Shown here: piece by piece, positions 48,194 through 56,505 of the stretch
How the letters are laid out: each line of letters opens with the position of its first letter
Numbering within the stretch: the first letter of the stretch is position 1
DNA from: Candidatus Latescibacterota bacterium
Lineage (GTDB): Bacteria; JAAXHH01
NCBI GenBank assembly: GCA_022821085.1
Contig: JAJEEG010000006.1
Location: 1,073,330 to 1,137,329, forward strand
Length of the DNA stretch: 64,000 nucleotides
Reading direction: 5' to 3'
Program-made: the position numbers and the translations under genes
The notes under the pieces: model-generated
What the model was told of the DNA's origin: nothing
What the model saw: only the letters and a program-made list of their open reading frames with translations
Databases searched by the model: none

Positions 48194-50394
48194 GGTTTCA
48201 GGAACCGGCGCAGCACGTTGGCCACGATCCTGGAAATGTCGTTGTCGGCATTGTTGTGCAGCAGGCTGCCGCAGAAGGTGATGGATCCCGTGGAGAAAAG
48301 CTGGCTGCCGGAGTCCGACTGCTGGTACACCATGTCCGCCCGGACCAGTTTCTCGATTGGCTCTCCGGACCAGGTCGTGATGTGGGTGAGCAACTCTTCG
48401 GGTACGGGGATGAAGGATTCGTGGTGGTTTTCGGAACTGGCGATGACACGGGTGTTATCGGGGGTGCCCAGCCGGCAGTCCGCCCGGTCGAGTTCGAACC
48501 CGGCGGCGCCGTTTCCGCTGAACCCGTAGTCGCCCACGGTCTCGCGCTCCACCCCTTCGAAGATCCACGCGGTCTCCGGGTTGACGCGGGCGTCCGGGTC
48601 GATGCGGTAGTACGATCCATGGAAATTGCCCTGGGCCGAGAACCCCACGGCGGCGAGCTGCTGCGGGGGACGGTTGTTCCTGCGCCAGAGTCCGCCGTAA
48701 CCGCCGTCGAATGCCTGGAAGTACTCGCCCGGTTCGGCCGCCCAGGCCCGTATGCCGCCTTCGTTCCGGCGAATTTCGAGGGTCCCGTTGCCTTCCGGGT
48801 GGATGGCGATGCGCCAGTAGAACCCGTTTCCCCCCAGATACATGAAGTGGCCGCCCCGTTCCCGGTACAGTTGGAGTGCGTCGAGGGTGCGTGGCGTATG
48901 GTATTCCGGATGGGAACCCGTGGTTACCGCGCGGTAGCCTTCAATCGCACCGATGCCATCGTCGTGCAGTTCTTGGTCGGTGACGATGTCGAAGGGGATG
49001 CCCATTTTCTCGAGCCACGCGTAAAGGTGGGTGTCCGCCTGCAGGTGCCTCAGCCCCGAGCAGTCCCCTTCGGTGGCGCCGAAAGTGATGTATCCCGGGC
49101 GGATCGTGAACAGCGGGCGCCGGTGACTGGCGTGGCAGATACCGCTGCCGTCCCCATGAAAGTTGTAGGTGGAAAGCCCGTACTCCGGGTGGACGGCGGG
49201 ATTCCAGGGATAGGCGTTCCATTCGCCGATCCGCTCAAGCCAGGAAGGATGGAAATTCGGCCGGGCGTGATTGCCGTAGACGGTATAGGTAAAGGTCGAT
49301 GCCAGCACGCAAAGGTCTGCGGCAGGCCTGCCCCGTGGCGGGCAGACGTAGAACGGCATCATGTCCTCGTGATCCCCGCACCGGATGCGTGCCGCGTAGA
49401 GTCCCGATCGCATGCCGTCCGGGATTTTAAAGGTGAAATCGGTCTCCCAGCCGAAGTCGTAGATGTCGTCGTCGTGAAAGTGGATGGCGCCATACTGTAC
49501 CGGCGCGTGCTTCCAGGACATTTCCTCGCCGGTCCACCGGGAACCGGTCATGGCGCGGGCCGGCAAGTTGACCAGGCGGCCGTGCAGGCCCTGCGGCCCG
49601 ACGTCCACGACCCGCGTAGAACTCGTGTCCCGGGCGAAGTCCCACAGGGCCCACGCGCCGGGATGGTTGCTGACTTCGTATTCCTGGTTGTCGACTTCTT
49701 CCACCGGCATGTCGACGAGGGAAGGTGCTTCGATCTTGCCGTTGAAATGGCCCTGGACGGGGTCTCCGTCCACCCCGCCGATGGTGATCCGGGCAAGATC
49801 GCCCAGGGGAACCGGGCCGACGGCCGCGACCGTGATATCGGACGGACCCGGTGGTGCGTGGACCGCCCGGAATCCCACGCTCACGGTCCCGCTACCGGTA
49901 TCGTAGCTCGCCCACACCCGGTACCATTGCCTGGTCTTGATCGCTGCGCTTCGGCAAACGGTGCGGGTCACCTGGTCCGTCGATGACCGAACGACCGCGG
50001 TCAAGGCGCCGCGGTCCAGGCATAGGCTGAGGACCGGCCTCCGTCCGCCGGTTCCACAACTGACGATGCCCTGGCCCGCTTTCTCGGGGGTCGTGGGCCA
50101 TATCGTGGCGGAGATTGTCAGGCCGCTGGCCGGGTGAAAGCGGCCGTCAAGGGGGATGACGGCGTAAGAGCCGGGGTGGAACGGCTGGGACCGGGAAGGG
50201 AACTCCCCGCCGAAGGGCAGGTCGACTTCTTCCAGTTGAAGCCCGGGACCGGCGGGATTTGGATCGGCGCATATCACGCGAACGAGGCTGGCCCGGTAGG
50301 GATCCGCGGCCGTGCTGCTGACCTTGAAGGCGATCTCGTCGCCGGGCCGGCCGGACAACCGGTCGGTGTAACCCAGCAGGGGAATGTTGGCCAT
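48190..50394 (-). CDS. N,N-dimethylformamidase large-subunit-like protein (jellyroll N-domain plus ThuA/GATase1-like C-domain)
   Basis: 734 aa; domain-level resemblance recalled from memory (..YRAVTTGSHPEYHT..LQLYRERGGHFMYLGGNGFYW..); start overlaps stop of upstream dioxygenase, stop overlaps start of downstream phosphoesterase (ATGA). Confidence 0.5.
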   Translation of the reverse strand: MANIPLLGYTDRLSGRPGDEIAFKVSSTAADPYRASLVRVICADPNPAGPGLQLEEVDLPFGGEFPSRSQPFHPGSYAVIPLDGRFHPASGLTISATIWPTTPEKAGQGIVSCGTGGRRPVLSLCLDRGALTAVVRSSTDQVTRTVCRSAAIKTRQWYRVWASYDTGSGTVSVGFRAVHAPPGPSDITVAAVGPVPLGDLARITIGGVDGDPVQGHFNGKIEAPSLVDMPVEEVDNQEYEVSNHPGAWALWDFARDTSSTRVVDVGPQGLHGRLVNLPARAMTGSRWTGEEMSWKHAPVQYGAIHFHDDDIYDFGWETDFTFKIPDGMRSGLYAARIRCGDHEDMMPFYVCPPRGRPAADLCVLASTFTYTVYGNHARPNFHPSWLERIGEWNAYPWNPAVHPEYGLSTYNFHGDGSGICHASHRRPLFTIRPGYITFGATEGDCSGLRHLQADTHLYAWLEKMGIPFDIVTDQELHDDGIGAIEGYRAVTTGSHPEYHTPRTLDALQLYRERGGHFMYLGGNGFYWRIAIHPEGNGTLEIRRNEGGIRAWAAEPGEYFQAFDGGYGGLWRRNNRPPQQLAAVGFSAQGNFHGSYYRIDPDARVNPETAWIFEGVERETVGDYGFSGNGAAGFELDRADCRLGTPDNTRVIASSENHHESFIPVPEELLTHITTWSGEPIEKLVRADMVYQQSDSGSQLFSTGSITFCGSLLHNNADNDISRIVANVLRRFLKP

Positions 50395-51206
50395 CAGGTA
50401 CCCGGGAGCAGTTCGTCGCCGTCCCGCCGTTCGCGGTACCCGCAGACCATGAGGCCCGGCCGTCCGAAGCTCTGACCGTACTCCTGCCGGTTGTCCGGAT
50501 TCCGGTAGCCCATGCGCACGAGCCTGCGGGGTTGTTTGGTCTGGTTGATGTAGGAACCGTGCACCGTGTCGATACAGAAGATGACCACATCGCCTGCTTT
50601 GGCCGGTACCGGCACCGTGTCTTCCAGCTTGTACTCGTCTGTCGGCAGATGCGGCGCGCAGGGACCGTCTTCAGACTCGGTGATGTGCTGCAGATGGCCG
50701 GATTTGTGGGATCCCGCCAGGAACCGGATCTCGCCGTTTTCGTGGCAGGTGTCGTCCAGATGCACGAGGACGTCGATGTACCGGCCGTCGTGATGCCCGT
50801 AGAAGGGGTTGTCCTGGTGCAGGGGAAAGGGATGTCCGGTCTGGGGCGGCTTGATGTGCAGCGTGGTGTGGTGCAGTTCCACGTTCGGCCCCAGCAGTTG
50901 CGACAGGGCCTCCACCAGCCGCGGGTTGGCGACGGCGCGCGACCAGGCCTGGGAATAGAAGTGCAGGTCGTGCATGGCCGTCAGCCTGGACTTGGCCTCG
51001 GTCTCCGGATCCATGTAGGCCAGGCGCCAGGGACCGTTCCATCCGGGACTCGTAAACGCCCAGTCCTCGACGAGCCGGTCCATCTGATCCGACAATTCGG
51101 ACGTCTCTTCCGGCGTGAATACCTCCGGGATGTGGAGAAAACCGTTCTCATGGTAGAACGCGATCTGCTCGTCGCTCAGCACCGTTTGTTCCATGACCAT
51201 GGCCAT
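50394..51206 (-). CDS. Phytanoyl-CoA dioxygenase (PhyH) family Fe(II)/2-oxoglutarate-dependent oxygenase
   Basis: HxD ..PFPLHQDNPFYGHH.. and distal His ..IDTVHGSYIN..; AAGGAG SD 9 nt before Met 51206. Confidence 0.75.
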   Translation of the reverse strand: MAMVMEQTVLSDEQIAFYHENGFLHIPEVFTPEETSELSDQMDRLVEDWAFTSPGWNGPWRLAYMDPETEAKSRLTAMHDLHFYSQAWSRAVANPRLVEALSQLLGPNVELHHTTLHIKPPQTGHPFPLHQDNPFYGHHDGRYIDVLVHLDDTCHENGEIRFLAGSHKSGHLQHITESEDGPCAPHLPTDEYKLEDTVPVPAKAGDVVIFCIDTVHGSYINQTKQPRRLVRMGYRNPDNRQEYGQSFGRPGLMVCGYRERRDGDELLPGT

Positions 51207-51384
51207 AACAGATTCTCCTTGTTTCGGTTCGGATTCTCCTGGTTCCGTTATCCTGTGCGGGGATTTTCGACGGTTCCTTCCCTTCGAATTTAGCAGGTTG
51301 GGCGCCGGCAGGCAACTCCATTCCACGAGAATCTTCATCGGCCGGTTTTAGTCGCTCCGGCATGGATGATCCCCCGTCGCCAGA

Positions 51385-52365
51385 TCACGATCCATACACT
51401 TCGGCCAGGAGTTCGTAGGACCGCAGCCGGGCATTGAAATCATGAGTGATGGTTACGGCCATGACCTCTTCGGCTCCGAACTGGGCGGCAAGCCGGTCGA
51501 TCGTATCCCGGACCTGGTCCGGACTGCCTACGGCGGCCAGCCGGAACTTGTCGTCCAGAAAGGCTTTCTCGGCTTCACTGAATCGGTACTTCTCAGCTTC
51601 CTCCACGGTAGGTACGACACTGCTGGGCTTGCCCGAAGCGAAGCGGGCGAAGAGCAGATCGCGGCTGAGTGCGAGGCGTTTGGCCTCCGCCTCGGTGTCG
51701 GCGCAGATGACGTTGATCGCGATGCAGGCCTCGGGCTGCGGCGACTGGGCGGAGGGCTCGAAATAGTGCCGGTAGAACTCGAGGATGCGCGGGTCGATGT
51801 TGCTGTTGATGAACAGGGCGAAATTGTAGGGCAGTCCCAACCGGGCGGCGAGCATCGCGCTTTCAGGACTGGACCCGAGCATCCAGACGGGAGGCGGAGA
51901 CTGGATGGGCGGTGTGACCCGAGGCTCGAAGTCCCGATTCTGCAGGATCTCCACCAACTGGGCGACGAGTTCGGGGAACTGTTCGAACCGGGGTCCCGCG
52001 CCGGGGGCCAGCATACGGGCCGTCTTCATGTCGCCGCCGGGTGCTCGTCCGATCCCCAGGTCGACCCGGTCCGGGTAGAGATTCGTGAGTACGGCGAAGC
52101 TCTCGGCGACTTTGAAGGGGCTGTAGTAGGGCAGCATGACGCCCCCGGAACCGATCCGCATAACCTTCGTGGCGGCCCCGATGGCGGCGAGCAGCACTTC
52201 TGGCGAACTGCCGGCCAGGCAGTGGGCATTGTGATGCTCGGACACCCAGAAGCGGCGGTAGCCCAGCCGTTCGGCCTCCCGGGCCAGGGCAAGGGTCTCC
52301 TGGAAGGCCTGCATGGCCGTTACGCCTTCACGAATCGGAGACTGGTCGAGTATGGAAAGTTTCAT
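51385..52365 (-). CDS. LLM-class (luciferase-like) flavin-dependent oxidoreductase
   Basis: MKLSILDQSPIREGVTAMQAFQETLALAREAERLGYRRFWVSEHHN... Confidence 0.8.
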   Translation of the reverse strand: MKLSILDQSPIREGVTAMQAFQETLALAREAERLGYRRFWVSEHHNAHCLAGSSPEVLLAAIGAATKVMRIGSGGVMLPYYSPFKVAESFAVLTNLYPDRVDLGIGRAPGGDMKTARMLAPGAGPRFEQFPELVAQLVEILQNRDFEPRVTPPIQSPPPVWMLGSSPESAMLAARLGLPYNFALFINSNIDPRILEFYRHYFEPSAQSPQPEACIAINVICADTEAEAKRLALSRDLLFARFASGKPSSVVPTVEEAEKYRFSEAEKAFLDDKFRLAAVGSPDQVRDTIDRLAAQFGAEEVMAVTITHDFNARLRSYELLAEVYGS

Positions 52366-52383
52366 GATGGTTTGACTGCTCCT

Positions 52384-54366
52384 TTACCAGCCGTCCACGA
52401 CGTGTCCGGCACCCGGGAACCAGACCGCGTCCACCAGGTAGGAGAGGAATACGCCCAGGGCGTAGCCGGCGAGCATGCCGATAAACAGCGGCTGGCCCTT
52501 GCGATAAAGCGCGACGCCGCCGAGGCGAAGAACCACGGATTTTACGATCCAGACGATCAGGATGGATAAGAAGGCCATGTCCGCCGCGTAGGTGGTGACG
52601 ATCCCGAATCCCACCGGATGAAGGGGCCAGAAGTGAAGCCGGTGATGGGCCCAGATCAGGAATGCCGAGATCAGAACGCCACTCAATACCATGGTCAATT
52701 GTGATTGCGTCATGGCCTGCGGATTCGTAAGGAAAGTCTCCAATTGCGTCCAGTAACCTTTCGCCCCGGATTCGAAACCGCCTGCCGTAAGCTGGGACGC
52801 CCCCATGTCATAGCCCAGGTAAAGCGTGTACACCACGGCCGTTATGAAACCAATGCCCAGCGAAAGCGCGATGGCGCCGAATACCCCCCTGCCCACGCCA
52901 CCGATCACGTCGCCCACCTTGGCGGCATGGGCCATGGAACACATGCCGAGCGTGCGCCAGTTCCTGGTGAAGGTCTGGCACAGCCACATCCCCGCGATGG
53001 TCCGGGCGTTGATGTGCTCCGACCCTACGAACCTGAGCGTGATTTCATTGGCGCTGTTGTAGGGCAGGTCGAGGGACGCCAGGCCGGTCTCGGCCACCAC
53101 GCGGGTTACGCCGATATACAGGACCAACAGGACGAACATCATGAGCGCTACGACCCAGAATGTCATACCCGCGCTCCACAGGAGGAAAACCATGTAAATC
53201 GAACCGCCGCAGAAAGATAGCACCGCCGTGCGGTAGGAAAAGAACTCCCGCGAATCATCGATTTCAGGAGCCCTTCCCATGGCTTTCCGAATCACGTCGC
53301 GGATATGCCTTCGCGCCATCCACAGCCCGAACAGCACGAAGACCAAAAAGCCGGACAGGTGCTGGAAGTGCATCATTTCCTGCGGACCCGGCACGCCGAC
53401 GCGGGTCATCACGCCCTGCTGCACAATGCGGATGAGGTAGAACAGCCAGACGCTGAGCAGCACTTCCACCCGCGTGAAGTAGGCCACCCCGATCAGCAGG
53501 AAATTAAAGCGGACCTGGATAGGATGAAACCCTTCGTACAAGGTCATCGGGAAGGCGTGTCCCACACCGAGGGGGATGGGGGGCATGAGGCCGAAGAAGT
53601 CGAATATGTTCCAGGTCATGATGAACAGCGTAAGGCCGAAACCCCACCAGAACAGTTTCACACGGGCGATCCTGGGGAAAAGGGCCTTTTCTTCCGCGCC
53701 GTCTACCAGCGTCAGGGGCACCTGGGCCAGGGGGAAGGCCAGGCGCTCGTGTTCGACCCACTGTTTCCGGAGCATGACCATGATCGATGCGCCGACCATG
53801 AACAGGGCGATGTAGAACGTCACCCACCAGAACATGGGCACGAACCAGATTCGCCAGCGTATGTTTCTCGTGGAATACACGCCTTCGTAGAACTGGTTCA
53901 ACCCACCCAGGTGGTTCGGGACCACCAGCCAGGACGGCAGATAGTCGAGGAACAGGTCGGCCCACCGGTTCTCGGGCGTGGCGTGGTAGAAAGGACCGCT
54001 GATGATCGATACCGCGTAATTGCTGAAGGCCCAGCCGGGTATGACGGAAGCCGTGAAGACCAGGAAGAAGATCACGATGAGTTCCTGGCTGGTAAAAGGA
54101 CGGCTGTAGCCCGAGAGTTTCAGACAGGGATTGACCAGGAGGACCATCAGGAGGAAGGGCAGCAGTGCCGCCACCGGCAGGTGGGTAACCGTAATGAACG
54201 AGCCGCGCGTAACGAATTCGGAGGAGATCGACCAGATGGTCAACAGGATGGTGAAGACGCATCCGATCACCACGGCCCGGAGGGTGAGGCCGGCGGAAAC
54301 GGGCCGCGCCGCGGGAGGCGCGGGGGACATTTCCCGATCGGAATGTGGCAACGTGGCTATGGACAT
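52384..54366 (-). CDS. Uncharacterised large polytopic membrane protein (paralog B of 24178-26238)
   Basis: 660 aa, >12 TM helices; collinear with paralog A over full length (motifs VMLRKQWVEHERLAFPL, VLFGLWMARRH, EFFSYRTAV, TRVVAETG, FWPLHPVGF). Confidence 0.7.
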   Translation of the reverse strand: MSIATLPHSDREMSPAPPAARPVSAGLTLRAVVIGCVFTILLTIWSISSEFVTRGSFITVTHLPVAALLPFLLMVLLVNPCLKLSGYSRPFTSQELIVIFFLVFTASVIPGWAFSNYAVSIISGPFYHATPENRWADLFLDYLPSWLVVPNHLGGLNQFYEGVYSTRNIRWRIWFVPMFWWVTFYIALFMVGASIMVMLRKQWVEHERLAFPLAQVPLTLVDGAEEKALFPRIARVKLFWWGFGLTLFIMTWNIFDFFGLMPPIPLGVGHAFPMTLYEGFHPIQVRFNFLLIGVAYFTRVEVLLSVWLFYLIRIVQQGVMTRVGVPGPQEMMHFQHLSGFLVFVLFGLWMARRHIRDVIRKAMGRAPEIDDSREFFSYRTAVLSFCGGSIYMVFLLWSAGMTFWVVALMMFVLLVLYIGVTRVVAETGLASLDLPYNSANEITLRFVGSEHINARTIAGMWLCQTFTRNWRTLGMCSMAHAAKVGDVIGGVGRGVFGAIALSLGIGFITAVVYTLYLGYDMGASQLTAGGFESGAKGYWTQLETFLTNPQAMTQSQLTMVLSGVLISAFLIWAHHRLHFWPLHPVGFGIVTTYAADMAFLSILIVWIVKSVVLRLGGVALYRKGQPLFIGMLAGYALGVFLSYLVDAVWFPGAGHVVDGW

Positions 54367-54469
54367 GATCGCAGGGGGATGTGCGGGGCCGACTGTGGAT
54401 CAAGCCGCCTGATGTACTGGAGCATTCCGTTTCACGCGTTTACTGCGCATTCACATGCTTTCTACACAT

Positions 54470-55300
54470 TCACGCGCTTTCGACGCATGCCCGAAGCTTT
54501 TCCAGTCCTTTTCGCGCCGTGGCCACCGGTCCTTCGGCCCAGTAGGCGGGATTGAACAGTTCCAGCGACAGCATGCCCCGGTATTCCTGCCGTTCCAGAC
54601 TGGCCACGATCTCGTCCCACGGCGCTTCGCCGTCTCCGGGATAGACCCGGTGCTCGTCCCCGATGTCCGCGCGGGGCGGGTCTGCCGGATAGTCGTTCAC
54701 GTGGATCAGGCCCAGGCGGCCGGGATCGAGATAGTCCATGCCCCGCTGGTGCCCGCTTCCCTTGTACATGTGAAAGATGTCGGTCAGCAAACTGGCGTCA
54801 CGCACCCCGCTTTCGGCAGCCACGAGGAGGGCTTCTCCGACCGTTCCCAGCGTCCGGGACACCCCCCAGAACTCCAGCAGGGGCTTCGGGGAGAAATCCG
54901 AGACGGCATCGGTCAGTTCGGCGAATCTCCGGGCGACGGAAAATAGGTCCACTACCCTGTCGTGGATCCCCTGCGGCGCCGTGGCTACGAAGGGACACTC
55001 CAGGACCTGCGCCATTTCGAAGCACCTTCTCGCCTCTACCAGGCCCCGGGCATGCCGGTCTGCTTCGGGAACCGCCCATTCGTAAAACGCAATCAGATTC
55101 ACGATCCGTATCCCGCGGTCGGCGGCACGGTCCCGCAGTTGCGGCAGCGTCCCACCGCCGTCGACCCAGGCATCGATTTCTTCGACCCAGGGTTCGATCC
55201 CGTCATATCCGGCGTCTGCCGCGATATCCACGTATTCCACCACGGAAACACCAGGCGACCGGATCGTACTCGTATTGAGGCAGTAGTCAAAGCGTCCCAT
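54470..55300 (-). CDS. Sugar phosphate isomerase/epimerase (xylose isomerase-like TIM barrel) family protein
   Basis: ..AADAGYDGIEPW.., ..LLEFWGVSRT.., ..GLIHVNDYPA.., ..GMLSLELFNP.. family pattern; start at Met 55298-55300. Confidence 0.75.
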   Translation of the reverse strand: MGRFDYCLNTSTIRSPGVSVVEYVDIAADAGYDGIEPWVEEIDAWVDGGGTLPQLRDRAADRGIRIVNLIAFYEWAVPEADRHARGLVEARRCFEMAQVLECPFVATAPQGIHDRVVDLFSVARRFAELTDAVSDFSPKPLLEFWGVSRTLGTVGEALLVAAESGVRDASLLTDIFHMYKGSGHQRGMDYLDPGRLGLIHVNDYPADPPRADIGDEHRVYPGDGEAPWDEIVASLERQEYRGMLSLELFNPAYWAEGPVATARKGLEKLRACVESA

Positions 55301-55502
55301 CGTATGCTTCCCTTCGAGATAGGCTTTCCTCCGAGAGACCGCCGTCTCGACCGATTCGGGTCGGGAACGGACGGTGCAGCGGCTATGTCCATTTACCTGG
55401 TTCAGGCTTCGAATCAATTTAGTGCGTATTACAAAAAAAAGTACCGTTTTAACCGGCTTCGCCTATATTGTATACCGCTGTAAGTTATACCCCGCCATAG
55501 TG

Positions 55503-56441
55503 ATGTCAGGAACGAATGTGAGGTACGTTTCGCGCTTCCCGAGGTCGGTTCTTCTCCTTTGCTTCCTGCTGATTCCCGGGGTGGCTGCCGGTCAGGTGTC
55601 CGAAACGGATGCCACCGGATCCACCGTGACGCTCCAGGGCACTCCGGAGAGAATCGTATCGCTCATCCCAAGCCACACGGAACTGCTTTTCGCCGTCGGC
55701 GCGGGAAGTTCGGTCGTTGGCGTCACGACCTACTGCGACTATCCGCCGGAAGCCCGGGAAATCGAGAAGATCGGCGACGTCACGGCCATGAGCCTCGAAA
55801 AGATCGTGGCACTCGATCCGGACCTCGTGCTCGCCTCCAGGGGAAATGCCAGGGAACTGGTATACAGCCTGAAGGCGCTGGATGTCCCTGTATTCGTACT
55901 CGATCCCCAGTCGATCGACGAAGTGCTCGACGCGATCGGCACGGTGGGCAGGCTTGCCGGACGGGCGGAAGCCGCGCGCGAGCTCATCGAAGGCTACCGG
56001 AAAAGGCTGGCCGCGGTGGAGGACCGGATCGGGGATCTGCCCGAGCGCGATCGTCCCACGATATTCGTCGGCAGCCCCTTTCGAGACGAGAACTGGACCC
56101 CCGGACCCGAAACGTATACATCGGCGGTGATACGCCGGGCCGGTGGACGGAACGTGGCCGACGACCTGGCGCCGGGGACGTGGGCGGTGTACAACCTGGA
56201 AAACATCGTTGCCAGGGACCCCCAGGTCCTCTTGTCCACGCTGGGCGAAGGACAGGACGCGGAGGAGGTTCGTGCCGGATACCTGGAACGTGCGAAATCA
56301 CTGAAAGGCTGGCGGGACCTGGACGCCGTGCGCAATGAACGCGTCGTCCTGATCCCCGAGAACTGGCTGCTTCGGCCAGCGCCCAGGCTCTTCCATGCGA
56401 TCGAGACACTGGCCGTCGCCCTGCATCCCAATCTGTTCTGA
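55503..56441 (+). CDS. Periplasmic binding protein, BtuF/FhuD-like (cobalamin/iron-siderophore type ABC substrate-binding protein)
   Basis: Signal peptide RSVLLLCFLLIPGVAAG; ..RIVSLIPSHTELLFAVGAGSSVVGVTTYCDYP.. and ..DPDLVLAS.. typical of PF01497 proteins. Confidence 0.7.
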   Translation: MSGTNVRYVSRFPRSVLLLCFLLIPGVAAGQVSETDATGSTVTLQGTPERIVSLIPSHTELLFAVGAGSSVVGVTTYCDYPPEAREIEKIGDVTAMSLEKIVALDPDLVLASRGNARELVYSLKALDVPVFVLDPQSIDEVLDAIGTVGRLAGRAEAARELIEGYRKRLAAVEDRIGDLPERDRPTIFVGSPFRDENWTPGPETYTSAVIRRAGGRNVADDLAPGTWAVYNLENIVARDPQVLLSTLGEGQDAEEVRAGYLERAKSLKGWRDLDAVRNERVVLIPENWLLRPAPRLFHAIETLAVALHPNLF

Positions 56442-56505
56442 AGGTGACGCTGAAGGCGTCCGCGCCAAGCGCTTAAACGGTTCCTGAATAACCACTGCTT
56501 CCTTC

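Noticed and set aside
55418-55502. Possible cobalamin riboswitch upstream of the BtuF-like gene
   Set aside because: Only ~85 nt of AT-rich spacer is available before the start codon, too short for a ~200-nt cobalamin riboswitch. No B12-box-like sequence seen.
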